The notes beneath the pieces were generated by a model. The model was not told the origin of the DNA. It did no database searches and saw only the letters and a program-made list of their open reading frames with translations. Below, piece after piece: positions 29,786-39,411 of a DNA stretch of 64,000 nucleotides (positions within the stretch are counted from its first letter, which is position 1; every line of letters begins with the position of its first letter). The DNA is from Alphaproteobacteria bacterium (GTDB taxonomy: Bacteria > Pseudomonadota > Alphaproteobacteria > CALMVH01), in assembly GCA_965199265.1 (NCBI GenBank), contig CBDAQV010000001.1, positions 444,409-508,408 of the forward strand. The letters are read 5' to 3'. Both the position numbers and the translations under genes were made by a program.

Positions 29786-30454
29786 ATGAACGATATCCTC
29801 GTCGCCCCTTCCATCCTCTCCGCAGATTTCGCACGCCTTGGCGAGGAAATCCGCGCAGTGGAAGCGGCAGGTGCCGACTGGATCCATTTCGACGTGATGG
29901 ACGGCCGTTTCGTGCCGAACATCACCATCGGTCCGCCGGTGCTTGCCTCGATCAGAAAGGCCACAAGCAAGCCTATCGACGTCCACCTGATGATTGTCGA
30001 GCCCGAACGCTATGTTCCCGATTTCGTCAAGGCAGGCGCCGATCACATCCTGGTCCATGCCGAACCGGCTTCGACCATCCACCTGCATCGCACCCTCACG
30101 CAGATCAGGGAACTGGGGGCGAAGGCCGGGGCGGTTCTCAATCCGGCGACCCCGCCAGAGGCGCTGGATTACGTCCTGCACCTTTGCGACATCGTGCTGA
30201 TCATGACGGTCAACCCCGGCTTCGGCGGGCAGAGCTTCCTGCCCGAGACGCTGCCCAAGATCGCGGCGCTGCGGCAGGCGATCGAGCAGCGGACCCTTGA
30301 TTGCAGGATCGAGGTCGACGGAGGCCAGTCGCCCGAGAACGCCTGGCAGGCGATCGAGGCGGGGGCTAGCGTCATCGTCGCCGGTTCGTCTGTGTTCCAT
30401 TCACCCGACTACGCCGCTGCGATCGGCGGCATCCGCAACAGCAAGAGGCCCTGA
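29786..30454 (+). CDS. rpe: Ribulose-phosphate 3-epimerase.
   Basis: [15 protein letters not shown]...[12 protein letters not shown]...GFGGQSF matches Rpe. Confidence 0.95.
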   Translation: MNDILVAPSILSADFARLGEEIRAVEAAGADWIHFDVMDGRFVPNITIGPPVLASIRKATSKPIDVHLMIVEPERYVPDFVKAGADHILVHAEPASTIHLHRTLTQIRELGAKAGAVLNPATPPEALDYVLHLCDIVLIMTVNPGFGGQSFLPETLPKIAALRQAIEQRTLDCRIEVDGGQSPENAWQAIEAGASVIVAGSSVFHSPDYAAAIGGIRNSKRP

Positions 30455-30457
30455 TCC

Positions 30458-31189
30458 ATGGCAGGTTTGAAAGACGCGCAGAAGGAAGTTTGCACGGATG
30501 CCGAGGCGCTGGCCGTGCGCGCGGCGGCGTGGATCACCGAAGTGGCCAAGGCGACCGACGGGCCTGTGCGCGTCTGCTTGTCCGGAGGATCGACGCCGAA
30601 GAGGCTTTACGAGCTGCTGGCGACGACGCATCAGTTCGATTTCCCTTGGGACCGCGTCCATTGGTACTGGGGCGATGAACGCTATGTTTCCGCCGACGAC
30701 GAGAAAAGCAATTTCCGCATGACGCAGATTGCCATGCTGGCCAGGGCGCCCGTAAAGCCGTCGCAGATCAACCCGGTGCTGACCGAATCCGAAACGGTGG
30801 AGATTGCGGCTGAGCGCTACCAATCGAACCTGCAACGTCATTACGGCGGGCAAGCGTTGCAAACGGGCAAGCCGCTGTTCGACATCGTGCTGCTCGGGCT
30901 GGGCGAGGACGCGCACACGGCTTCCCTGTTTCCTGGCAGCAAGGCGCTGGGCGAAAAGACAAAATGGGTCGTCGCCGTCTCGGACGGAACGCCGCCGCCG
31001 CGTATCACCCTGACCTTTCCGGCGTTGAACAGCAGCCGCCACACTGCCTTCCTTGTCGCGGGCGAGGCCAAGCGCGTGCCGCTGGAAAAGGTCTGGCGCG
31101 GCGATGCCTCTGCACCGGCCTCGCACATCGCGCCCGGCGGGCAGCTTCACTTGTTCGTCGACGAGGCGGCGGCTTCCGTCCTGAAATGA
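30458..31189 (+). CDS. pgl: 6-phosphogluconolactonase.
   Basis: RVCLSGGSTPKRLYELLA and the NagB/RpiA-fold lactonase pattern. The protein is 243 aa. Confidence 0.85.
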   Translation: MAGLKDAQKEVCTDAEALAVRAAAWITEVAKATDGPVRVCLSGGSTPKRLYELLATTHQFDFPWDRVHWYWGDERYVSADDEKSNFRMTQIAMLARAPVKPSQINPVLTESETVEIAAERYQSNLQRHYGGQALQTGKPLFDIVLLGLGEDAHTASLFPGSKALGEKTKWVVAVSDGTPPPRITLTFPALNSSRHTAFLVAGEAKRVPLEKVWRGDASAPASHIAPGGQLHLFVDEAAASVLK

Positions 31190-31878
31190 CCCAGGACGAA
31201 GCCAAGCGCGCGGCGGCGCTGGAGGCGCTGAAGCAGGTCGAGGACGGCATGGTGGTCGGCCTCGGCACCGGCAGCACCGCGGCGGTGTTCGTCGACGTGC
31301 TGATCGAACGCGTCAGGCGCGAGGGCCTCAAGCTGGTCGGCATCCCGACTTCGGAAAAAACCGCGCGGCAGGCGGAAGCCGGAGGGATCCCGCTGACCGA
31401 CTTCTCGCAGCACACCACCATCGACGTGACCTTCGACGGCGCGGACATCGTGAACCCCATGACTTTTGTCATGTTGAAGGGCTTGGGCGGCGCATTGCTG
31501 CGCGAGAAGATCGTGGCGCAGGCGAGCAAACGTCTGGTCATCATGATCGATTCGTCGAAGCTTGCGCCGCAGTTCGGCGGCAAGCTGCCGGTGGAAATCG
31601 TGCGTTTCGGCTTCCAGGCGACGGTTGCGCGCCTCGGCGCGATCGCCCCGCTGACGATCCGCCCGGACAACGCCCATCCCTCCGGGTTTTTCGTGACCGA
31701 TGGCGGAAACTACATTGTAGATCTGGATTTTCCGGCCATCACCGATCCGCAATCCTTGCAGGCACGCATCAAGTCCGTTGCCGGCGTGGTGGAAAGCGGA
31801 TTGTTCATCGGCTTGGCCCACACCGTGATCGTCGGCACCGATCAGGGAGCGCAGGTTCTGCCCCGTCCGAGGGCGTAG
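31186..31878 (+). CDS. rpiA: Ribose-5-phosphate isomerase A.
   Basis: MVVGLGTGSTAAVFVDVL..., DGADIV and VTDGGNYIVDL match RpiA. The ATG overlaps the pgl TGA (ATGA). Confidence 0.9.
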   Translation: MTQDEAKRAAALEALKQVEDGMVVGLGTGSTAAVFVDVLIERVRREGLKLVGIPTSEKTARQAEAGGIPLTDFSQHTTIDVTFDGADIVNPMTFVMLKGLGGALLREKIVAQASKRLVIMIDSSKLAPQFGGKLPVEIVRFGFQATVARLGAIAPLTIRPDNAHPSGFFVTDGGNYIVDLDFPAITDPQSLQARIKSVAGVVESGLFIGLAHTVIVGTDQGAQVLPRPRA

Positions 31879-31880
31879 GC

Positions 31881-34800
31881 TTGAAACGCTTCAACCTCCG
31901 CAAGTTCCTGCTCGAAGCCGCCAGCATCGTCATAGCCTGCCTGATGATCGCCGCCGGTTTCGTCTGGTGGCGCCTGGTTCACGGTCAGGCGGAAGTAAAC
32001 TTCTTGCGCCCGGTCATCGAAGCCGCGTTCTTTCAGGAAACCGGCATGCACCTGCAACTCGACCGTTTGACGTTCGGCGCGAAAGGATGGCGCTCGCCGG
32101 TCGAGATCGGGACCGAGGGGGTCGCAGTGACAGACAAATCCGGAACCAAGGCGCTGACCGTGGATGCCGCCGAGGGGACGTTATCCTACTCAGCCCTTTT
32201 GACCGGTCGTTTCAAGCCGATCAATGTAACCCTTACCAAGCCGCAACTCATTGTTACGCGCGAGGCGGACGGTTCTTTTCACCCACGATTTCTGTACGGC
32301 AAGAGCGGCAGCACGGGTCAGCTTGGACTGGATTTCGCTCCCGTCGCAAGTCCCAAGCGCGACAGCGGCCTTTCTGCCTGGAACAATGTGGCTCTCCACG
32401 ACGGCGCGTTGATCCTGAACGACGCTTTAGGGCAGGAGATCGCCCGCGCCGACGCGTTGAACGCAACATTCCGCCGCACGCCGCTCGGCCTTGAGGGAAG
32501 CCTGCGGGGAGCCACGAAAGTCGGCCGGCAGACAGGCGAGATCACCGGCGCCATCGATTGCAACACCGGCGCGAAGGGCGCTATCCTGTTGCAGGTTTCT
32601 TCGTTCCGGCCTGATGCCCTTTTGGTCGTGGAGCCGCTGCTGGCGAAAATCCAGGCACCGACATCGCTTCGCCTTACGGGACAGCTGAACGGGACAAACC
32701 TTGAATCGGCGCAGCTGGATCTAAGCTTGCAGGCAGGACAGCTCGTGGACCCCGCACATTACTCCAAACCTGTTCCCATCGCAGGCGGCGTGCTTCAAGC
32801 CGTGTACCAGGCGTTACCGGAGCGGCTCGAGCTTCGCAAGTTGGAGCTAGGGCTCGGCGGCCCGTTGGTCAGCGTGACCGGGCAGGCGCATACGGAAGGC
32901 GGAATGGTATCGCTGGAAAGCGATATCACGGTCGCTGACATGCCGCTGGACAGTTTCGACAAGTTCTGGCCGCAAGACGTTTCGAAGGGGGGCCGTGCCT
33001 GGGTAACGGCAAACCTGTCGAAGGGAATTGTATCGAGGGCTACCTCGCATCTGACCGGCTCAGGCCCGCGCGCAAGCCTTGGCCAGATCGACGTCACCGG
33101 TTTCAAGGGCACGATTGAAGTCGTGGGTGCCGCAATACACTATTTCGGCGAGCTGCCGGCAGTCGAAGACGCCAGCGCCAGCATCGTCTACGACCGCAAT
33201 TCCATGATCATAACCATGCTGGGCGGCCACGCCGAGGATACCAGGATCGCTGGAGGCACGGTAACGCTGAATGGGTTCAGCAGTCGCGACCAGGACATCC
33301 GGATCAACCTCGATATGACGGGTCCCGTAGCCAGTTCGCTGGATATCCTGGCGCATAAGCCGCTCGGCTACGCACGCAAGCTGCAGCTTGACCCGAAAAC
33401 GGTCAGCGGCGACGCGGCGGTAAACATGCAGATAGGTTTTCCGCTGCTCTCCGCCCTGAAAGTCGACCAGATCGCGCTCGGCGTCAAGGCGACCCTGCTA
33501 GGCGTTTCCATTCCGAACGCGGTGGGCAAGACTGCCGTGAGCGACCTTAACGGTGGTCTGTCGGTCGATACTGGCGGTCTCGAGTACATAGGCACCGGCA
33601 AGCTCGGCGATGCTCCCCTGTCGGCGGACTACAAGCAAAGCTTCGCCGCCGACGGTGCAACCGACGTGACTTTCGACGGCAAGGTGAACGATGTCCAGCG
33701 CGCGAGGCTGGGCGTCGATTTTCCCGATCGGCTGAAAGGCACGGCGGGAATTTCCGGTCACTACGCTTCCGCATCAGGCATGGGGACGGCTGATCTCGCT
33801 ATCGACCTCATGTCGTCCGAGCTGATCATCGACGAAATCGGCTATGACAAGCCCGTCGGACAGCCCGGCACGGGGCGTTTCAAGCTTATGCTGGACAAAG
33901 GCAAGCTCGTCGCGATTGATCCCTTGTCGATCGATGCGCCGGCGTTGTCCGTAGCCGGCGCGGCACGCCTGGACCCGGATACCGGCGCCGTGGTCTCGGT
34001 CAGGCTGGACAGGTTCACGATGGACAAGACCGATATGAAAGTTGCCGTCGCGCAGCTGGAAGGCGGCGGGTCCAGGATCGACATATCCGGCGCCGAGTTC
34101 GACGCACGCCGCTTTCTGCACAAGCGCCGCCAGAAAGGCGCGGAAAAGGCGGCACGCGACGAGAGCGACGAGAAACCCGTGCCGCTGCAGATCAACGTCG
34201 CCCTCGACAGGGTCAAGACCGCCGACGACGCCGGGCTGACCGACCTTAAAGGACAGCTGATCCTGCTGGGGCGTAAATGGCAGCGTGCCGACTTCACCGC
34301 CGATACCGGCGGCTCGGGCCTTTCGCTTTCCTATTTGCCCGACAGCGATCAGCCCAACCCTTCCTACACGCTGCGTGCGGACGCCACGAATGCCGGTGCG
34401 GCATTTGCCGGTTTTGCCCTCACCAGCTCGATCAATGGCGGCTTGCTGGCTATAGATGGCAGGAAACCCGCGGCAAGCGACGCGCAGCCCGACCCTGCGC
34501 TGGAGGGAACGCTTCGCCTGTCGGATTTCAGCGTCACCGATCCTCCCGTGTTTGCGCGCCTCTTCAACCTGCTGTCGCTGCGCGGCTTCAAGCAGAGCCT
34601 GTCCAGCCCAGACATCCAGTTCGATTACCTTCAAGGCGGTTTCAGCATCAGCGGCAGTAACCTCAGCGTCAGCGACGGCAAGCTGGCGGGGGCGGCGATC
34701 GGGCTCACGATCGCCGGTACCGTCGACCGGGATGCCGACACGCTGAATCTTAGCGGAACAGTGGTCCCGGCCTACGGCGCCAACCGCATCCTGCGCCGCG

Positions 34801-34997
34801 TCCCGGTGCTGGGTCCGCTGATCACCGGCGAGGACGGCGAGGGCGTATTTGCCGCCACATACACCATTACAGGCTCGGTCGCGAGCCCTGACGTCGCGGT
34901 CGATCCGCTGTCGATCTTCGCCCCCGGCGTACTTCGCGACTTGCTGTTCAGCCGTTCGGATCCCGATCACAGCGGCGTCGATCCGCGGGCTAAATAG
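31881..34997 (+). CDS. AsmA-family / DUF3971-type large envelope protein (YhdP/TamB-like lipid-transport superfamily).
   Basis: The 1038-aa protein has an N-terminal membrane anchor and a long beta-rich body. The C-terminal region (LLSLRGFKQSL...GGFSISGSNLSVSDG...VPAYGANRILRRVPVLGPLITGEDGEGVF) is typical of AsmA_2/DUF3971. Confidence 0.65.
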   Translation: MKRFNLRKFLLEAASIVIACLMIAAGFVWWRLVHGQAEVNFLRPVIEAAFFQETGMHLQLDRLTFGAKGWRSPVEIGTEGVAVTDKSGTKALTVDAAEGTLSYSALLTGRFKPINVTLTKPQLIVTREADGSFHPRFLYGKSGSTGQLGLDFAPVASPKRDSGLSAWNNVALHDGALILNDALGQEIARADALNATFRRTPLGLEGSLRGATKVGRQTGEITGAIDCNTGAKGAILLQVSSFRPDALLVVEPLLAKIQAPTSLRLTGQLNGTNLESAQLDLSLQAGQLVDPAHYSKPVPIAGGVLQAVYQALPERLELRKLELGLGGPLVSVTGQAHTEGGMVSLESDITVADMPLDSFDKFWPQDVSKGGRAWVTANLSKGIVSRATSHLTGSGPRASLGQIDVTGFKGTIEVVGAAIHYFGELPAVEDASASIVYDRNSMIITMLGGHAEDTRIAGGTVTLNGFSSRDQDIRINLDMTGPVASSLDILAHKPLGYARKLQLDPKTVSGDAAVNMQIGFPLLSALKVDQIALGVKATLLGVSIPNAVGKTAVSDLNGGLSVDTGGLEYIGTGKLGDAPLSADYKQSFAADGATDVTFDGKVNDVQRARLGVDFPDRLKGTAGISGHYASASGMGTADLAIDLMSSELIIDEIGYDKPVGQPGTGRFKLMLDKGKLVAIDPLSIDAPALSVAGAARLDPDTGAVVSVRLDRFTMDKTDMKVAVAQLEGGGSRIDISGAEFDARRFLHKRRQKGAEKAARDESDEKPVPLQINVALDRVKTADDAGLTDLKGQLILLGRKWQRADFTADTGGSGLSLSYLPDSDQPNPSYTLRADATNAGAAFAGFALTSSINGGLLAIDGRKPAASDAQPDPALEGTLRLSDFSVTDPPVFARLFNLLSLRGFKQSLSSPDIQFDYLQGGFSISGSNLSVSDGKLAGAAIGLTIAGTVDRDADTLNLSGTVVPAYGANRILRRVPVLGPLITGEDGEGVFAATYTITGSVASPDVAVDPLSIFAPGVLRDLLFSRSDPDHSGVDPRAK

Positions 34998-35070
34998 GTA
35001 TCTTGGCAAATCTTGACGGCAGTTGCGCTCTGAAGCCCCGAAGCAAGGTGGTGGGCGCATCGCCCCCGGC

Positions 35071-35351
35071 TCAGCCTTTTTCGGCCATGCCGACCAGAAG
35101 CGGGCAGGGGTTGGCGATCACCTCGGCTTCGGGGGCTAGCGCGGTCACGCGGTCGTGCAGGCTCCAGCCTATGCGGCCCGACCGCGGGGCTTGCGTAGCC
35201 GCCGTCCCTTGGCTGTGTCGCCCAGATAGACGAAAGGCTCCGCAGGACGCTGTTCCCGCAGAGCCTTGAGCACCGTCAGCCCGCCTACGCCGGAGTCGAA
35301 AACTCCAAAGGGGCGCCGATGGTTCCTGTTATCAGCCGCAGCCGCATCCAC
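35071..35351 (-). pseudogene. murI: Glutamate racemase (murI) remnant, internally deleted and frameshifted.
   Basis: One frame gives the MurI N-terminal motif [34 protein letters not shown] and then stops. An adjacent frame gives ...RVTALAPEAEVIANPCPLLVGMAEKG*, which resembles the MurI C-terminal CTHYPLL region. Only about 280 bp are available versus the roughly 800 bp expected. Confidence 0.4.
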
Positions 35352-35736
35352 CGCCCTGAGCAGTAGCTTCTTCGGCCTTGTCCTTCCCAGTGCTGAAGCT
35401 TTCGCCGCAGCCGCAGCCGCCCGTCTTGTTCGGGTTCTCGAACACGAAGGACTGCTCGAACTCGGTCGACCTGAAATCGATTTCGGAGCCGATGATATAC
35501 ATCACGGCGGTCGGCTCGATGAAGAGCTTGACGCCCTTGTCCTCGACGATCTCCTCGTTCTCGCGCTGGGTCTTGGCAAACTCCATCGCATAGGACAGGC
35601 CCGAGCAGCCCTTGGCGCGGACGCCGACGCGCAGGCCGATCGCATCCGGCGCCTGGGCGGCCATCATCGACTTGATCTGCTCCGCGGCGGCGTCGCTCAG
35701 GCTGAGGGTCTTGGTAGGGGGGGAACGCATATCCAT
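35332..35736 (-). CDS. sufA: A-type Fe-S cluster carrier (SufA/IscA/ErpA family) with an unusual C-terminal tail.
   Basis: HesB fold with Cys in GCSGLSY and the canonical end GGCGCGESF, followed by 19 extra residues [20 protein letters not shown]. Confidence 0.8.
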   Translation of the reverse strand: MDMRSPPTKTLSLSDAAAEQIKSMMAAQAPDAIGLRVGVRAKGCSGLSYAMEFAKTQRENEEIVEDKGVKLFIEPTAVMYIIGSEIDFRSTEFEQSFVFENPNKTGGCGCGESFSTGKDKAEEATAQGGGCGCG

Positions 35737-35746
35737 CTGGCTTCTC

Positions 35747-36148
35747 CTAGTACATGTTCAGTTGCAACTTGGCGGTATCCGCCATTAGCGAGGGATTCCA
35801 GGCGGGATCCCACACCAAATCCACTTCGACGTTGCCGACGCCCGACACGGCGGCGACGGCGTCGCGCACCATTCCAGGCATCTCGCCGGCCACGGGACAT
35901 CCCGGGGCGGTCAGCGACATCATGATGTTTATATCAGACACCTGCGACTCGCCCCCGGTTCCCGCCAAATCAGTTCCTGTGAACTGTACCGAGTATATAA
36001 GGCCCAGCTCGTAAATGTTAACCGGTATTTCCGGATCGTAGACACTGCGCAGCGCGGTGGCAACGCCGGGCCATAACGGATGATCGCGCGGCGCCAGAAC
36101 CTGCGGCGGCTCGGCCTCTGGCATATCGTCGGCGGGTTCGGGTGTCAT
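35747..36148 (-). CDS. SUF system FeS-assembly protein of the DUF59/MIP18 family (SufT-like).
   Basis: YDPEIPVNIYELGLIY...TAPGCPVAGEM matches the DUF59 signature. The protein is 133 aa. Confidence 0.8.
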   Translation of the reverse strand: MTPEPADDMPEAEPPQVLAPRDHPLWPGVATALRSVYDPEIPVNIYELGLIYSVQFTGTDLAGTGGESQVSDINIMMSLTAPGCPVAGEMPGMVRDAVAAVSGVGNVEVDLVWDPAWNPSLMADTAKLQLNMY

Positions 36149-36169
36149 GAAATATCCATGCGGTTTGGT

Positions 36170-36274
36170 TCCCTCTCCCGGTGGGAGAGGGTTAGGGTGA
36201 GGGGCTTTTCCTGCGCCGCCGATTGCCCCCCACCCGCCCGGCTTTGCCGGTCGACCTCTCCCGCAGGGAGAGGT
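36170..36274. repeat. Two REP-like stem-loops (CCCTCTCCC-ggt-GGGAGAGGG and CCTCTCCC-gca-GGGAGAGG) with an AGGGTGAGGGGC motif between them.
   Basis: Perfect 9-bp and 8-bp stems with 3-nt loops, read directly. The GGTGAGGG motif also occurs inside the 16704-16829 element. Confidence 0.55.
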
Positions 36275-36296
36275 GAATTTGCGTTAATCCTCGCCA

Positions 36297-36776
36297 TCAA
36301 TCCACCTGCTCCGAACTGGCGATGCCCGCGCCTTCCAGCGCGGCTTTCATCGTGTGCCACGACAGGGTGGCGCATTTGACGCGCACCGGGAACTGCCGCA
36401 CGCCTGCGATTACCTGAAGATAGGCCAGATCATCCTCATCAACGACACCTTTCGCCTCGCCCGTGGTGCACAGCGCGTGGAAAGCTTCGAACAGCGCCTC
36501 CGCTTCCGCGGCCGACTTGCCCTTCAGCAATTCCGTCATGATCGAGGCCGAGGCGACCGAGATCGCGCAGCCATTGCCGTGAAAAGCCGCATCCTCGATG
36601 CTGCCGTTATCGGCGACTTTCAGGCTGATCTCGAACTCGTCGCCGCAGAGCGGATTGCGGCCTTGCGCGCGGCGGTTCGCGCCGGCAAGTTCGCGTTTGT
36701 TGCGTGGTGTCCTGCCGTGATCCAGGATCACGTCCTGGTAGAGGTCGCGCAGGTCGGAGGCTTCGATGCTGCTCAT
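36297..36776 (-). CDS. sufU: SUF-system NifU/IscU-like Fe-S scaffold (SufU-type).
   Basis: NPLCGDEFEISLKV and FHGNGCAISVASASIM carry the conserved Cys ligands of the NifU N-domain. Confidence 0.8.
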   Translation of the reverse strand: MSSIEASDLRDLYQDVILDHGRTPRNKRELAGANRRAQGRNPLCGDEFEISLKVADNGSIEDAAFHGNGCAISVASASIMTELLKGKSAAEAEALFEAFHALCTTGEAKGVVDEDDLAYLQVIAGVRQFPVRVKCATLSWHTMKAALEGAGIASSEQVD

Positions 36777-38035
36777 CCGAAGATCTCCCGCACTTTTTCC
36801 AGCGATTGCGCGAGCACGTCGATTTCAGCCTGCGTATTGTAAATCCCCAGTGACGCGCGCGCGGTGGCGGCGATGCCGAAACGATCCATCAGCGGCTGCG
36901 CGCAGTGGTGGCCGACGCGGATGGCGACGCTGGCGATGTTGTCCACCACCGTGCCAACGTCGTGCGCGTGGATGCCGTCCATGGTAAAGGAGACGACTCC
37001 CGCCTTGTCCTTGGCAGTGCCGTAGATCTTCAGCCCACGGATGCGCGACAGTCGCTCGGTCATGTATTCCAGCAGCTGTTCCTCGTGATCAAACGCGGCC
37101 TGCCTGTCCAGGCTGTTCAGGTAGTCGATCGCGGCGGCGAGGCCGACCGCCTCGGCGATGGCCGGGGTACCTGCCTCGAACCGGCCGGGCGGCTTGCGGA
37201 ACGTGGTCTTGGCGAAGGTCACGCGCTCGATCATGTCGCCGCCGCCCTGATAGGGGGGCATTTTTTCCAGTTGGGCGTACTTGCCGTACAGCACGCCGAT
37301 GCCGGTCGGGCCGTAGAGCTTGTGGCCGGAAAAAACGAAGAAGTCGCAGCCCAGCGCCTGCACGTCGATCGGCATGTGCACGACCGATTGGCAGCCGTCC
37401 AGCAGGACGGGAATGTTGTGCGCATGCGCCAGTTTCACGATCTCGCGCACCGGCTGGATGGTGCCGAGCGCGTTCGACATGTGGCTGACGGCGACCAGCT
37501 TGGTGCGCGGCCCGATCAGCTTTTCGAACACCGCCATGTCCAGCGTCCCGGTCTCGTCCACCGGCGCGACCTTGATCTCGATCCCCCGCTCGGCCTTCAG
37601 CAGCTGCCATGGCACGATGTTGGCGTGGTGCTCCAGCTCGGTCAGCAGCACCTCGTCCCCCGCGCCGAGGAACTTACGGCCCCATGTCGCGGCGACGAGG
37701 TTGATCGATTCGGTCGCGTTGCGCGTGAACACGATCTCGTCCGCGCTCGCGGCGTTGAGGAACCGCGCCACCTTGGCGCGCGCATTCTCGAACAGCTCGG
37801 TCGATGTCTGGCTGAGGTAGTGAACGCCGCGGTGGATGTTGGCGTAGTCCTGCGTCAAGAGGCTGTCCATGGCGTCCAGAACCGCACGCGGCTTCTGAGC
37901 GCTGGCCGCGCTGTCGAGGAAGACCAGCGGGCGGTTGTAGACCTTGCGCGCCAGGATCGGAAAGTCGGCGCGCACCTGATCTACGTCGAAGGACTTGCGG
38001 CTCATCGGCAGAACCCTGGCGGCGGTAACGGTCAT
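36773..38035 (-). CDS. sufS: Cysteine desulfurase SufS (class V aminotransferase, group II).
   Basis: PLP-lysine region SGHKLYGPTGIGVLY and active-site Cys loop RVGHHCAQP. The protein is 420 aa. Confidence 0.9.
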   Translation of the reverse strand: MTVTAARVLPMSRKSFDVDQVRADFPILARKVYNRPLVFLDSAASAQKPRAVLDAMDSLLTQDYANIHRGVHYLSQTSTELFENARAKVARFLNAASADEIVFTRNATESINLVAATWGRKFLGAGDEVLLTELEHHANIVPWQLLKAERGIEIKVAPVDETGTLDMAVFEKLIGPRTKLVAVSHMSNALGTIQPVREIVKLAHAHNIPVLLDGCQSVVHMPIDVQALGCDFFVFSGHKLYGPTGIGVLYGKYAQLEKMPPYQGGGDMIERVTFAKTTFRKPPGRFEAGTPAIAEAVGLAAAIDYLNSLDRQAAFDHEEQLLEYMTERLSRIRGLKIYGTAKDKAGVVSFTMDGIHAHDVGTVVDNIASVAIRVGHHCAQPLMDRFGIAATARASLGIYNTQAEIDVLAQSLEKVREIFG

Positions 38036-39261
38036 GAGTCGACTTCCTCCGGTGTGTCCAATACACGACTCGCGTGCTGGCGAAATGCGCTGCGTACCGC
38101 CTCGTCCTCAATCAGGTCGATGGAGGAGCCGATGAAAGCCTCGATCAGCATCTGCCTGGCGAGCGCCTCGGGAAGCCCGCGCGAGCGCAAGTAGAACAGC
38201 GCGTCCGCGTCGAGCCGGCCCGATGTCGCGCCATGACTGCATTTGACGTCGTCGGCGTAGATTTCAAGCTCCGGCTTGGCATTTACTTCCGCCGTCGGCG
38301 ACAGCATCAACGACTGGTTCAGCTGGAAGCCGTCGGTCTTCTGCGCCCCCTCGGCAACGTAGATCTTGCCCTGGAACACCGAGCGCGACGTGCCGTCCAT
38401 CACATGGCGATAGGTCTCGCGGCTGCGGCACTGCGGGGCGGCGTGGACGATCTCGGTCGTGGTGTCCGCATGAGCGTTGCCGGCCAGGACGTGCGCACCG
38501 TTCAGGCGGACTTCGGCGCCGGGTCCGGTCAGCTCGGCCTTTACCTGATGGCGCGACAGGCGGCCGCCCGTGGTCAGCGAGAAGCCGTCATAGAGCGAGC
38601 CTTTCGCTAGCTTGACCCCGCCGGTTGCCAGAAGCACGGCAGCATTGCCTGCATCCTGCAGGCGGTAATGGCGCAACCGAGCGCCGGAGCCGAGCTCGAT
38701 CTCGCTGACAACGGTGGACGAGCCCGTGCCTTCGTGGCGCTCGATCAGCGTGGCGGCGGCATTGTCACTCAGGATGACCAGCAGTCTGACGTGGCTGCGA
38801 GCCATGCCGGTGAAACACACCTCCACCGGCGGCTCGAGGGTGACACCTGCGGGCACGAACAGCGCCAGCCCGTCGCTGAACAGGGCTGTGTTGAGGGCCT
38901 CGACCGCCTGCTCCTGAGGCGCGACCCGGGCCAGCATCGCTTTGGCATTTCCGGCATGGATGCTGCCGGCGAACACGCCAGAAGGTACCGTTCCGGAGGA
39001 TAGGCCGGAGTCGAGCGCGCCATCGACGAAGACCAGCCGAATGCCGCCGGCGACAAGCGGCGCGGGAACCGGCTCGGCATCGACCACCGCCGGTGTGATG
39101 CCATGAAACGGGCGGAGGTCGGTGTATTTCCAGCTTTCCAGGCGGGGCGTCGGCATGCCCAGCGCGGCATAGCGCGCCGCCCCGCCGCTGCGCACCGCGT
39201 TCAGCCAGTCGGCCCCGTTCGGAAGGTCGAGCAGTTCGTCGGTTTTGGGGAAGAGAGTCAT
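38032..39261 (-). CDS. sufD: Fe-S cluster assembly protein SufD.
   Basis: SufB/SufD beta-helix family. The start is taken at the internal MTLFPKTDELL (39261), because the upstream 33 codons of the ORF track are a translated REP element. Confidence 0.85.
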   Translation of the reverse strand: MTLFPKTDELLDLPNGADWLNAVRSGGAARYAALGMPTPRLESWKYTDLRPFHGITPAVVDAEPVPAPLVAGGIRLVFVDGALDSGLSSGTVPSGVFAGSIHAGNAKAMLARVAPQEQAVEALNTALFSDGLALFVPAGVTLEPPVEVCFTGMARSHVRLLVILSDNAAATLIERHEGTGSSTVVSEIELGSGARLRHYRLQDAGNAAVLLATGGVKLAKGSLYDGFSLTTGGRLSRHQVKAELTGPGAEVRLNGAHVLAGNAHADTTTEIVHAAPQCRSRETYRHVMDGTSRSVFQGKIYVAEGAQKTDGFQLNQSLMLSPTAEVNAKPELEIYADDVKCSHGATSGRLDADALFYLRSRGLPEALARQMLIEAFIGSSIDLIEDEAVRSAFRQHASRVLDTPEEVDS

Positions 39262-39279
39262 GCGGCTTTCCCCAAGCTC

Positions 39280-39411
39280 GTCATCCCTGCGAAGGCCGGG
39301 ATCCATGGTCTGGCGAACGTTATTTTGGAAGATGGCAGCTCGACCTTTGCAACTTTCCATCCATCCGTCCGCAGAAGCTGAGCCATGGATCCCCGCCTTT
39401 GCGGAAATGAC
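39280..39411. repeat. Palindromic REP-like element (GTCATCC...GGATGAC family) inserted between sufC and sufD.
   Basis: GTCATCCCTGCGAAGGCCGGGATCCATGG ... CCATGGATCCCCGCCTTTGCGGAAATGAC, roughly 29-bp arms around a 74-bp spacer. Confidence 0.65.

Noticed and set aside
38032..39360. N-terminal 33-codon extension of the sufD ORF (MESCKGRAAIFQNNVRQTMDPGLRRDDELGESR).
   Set aside because: The extension is the in-frame translation of the palindromic repeat element. SufD homology starts at MTLFPK (39261).
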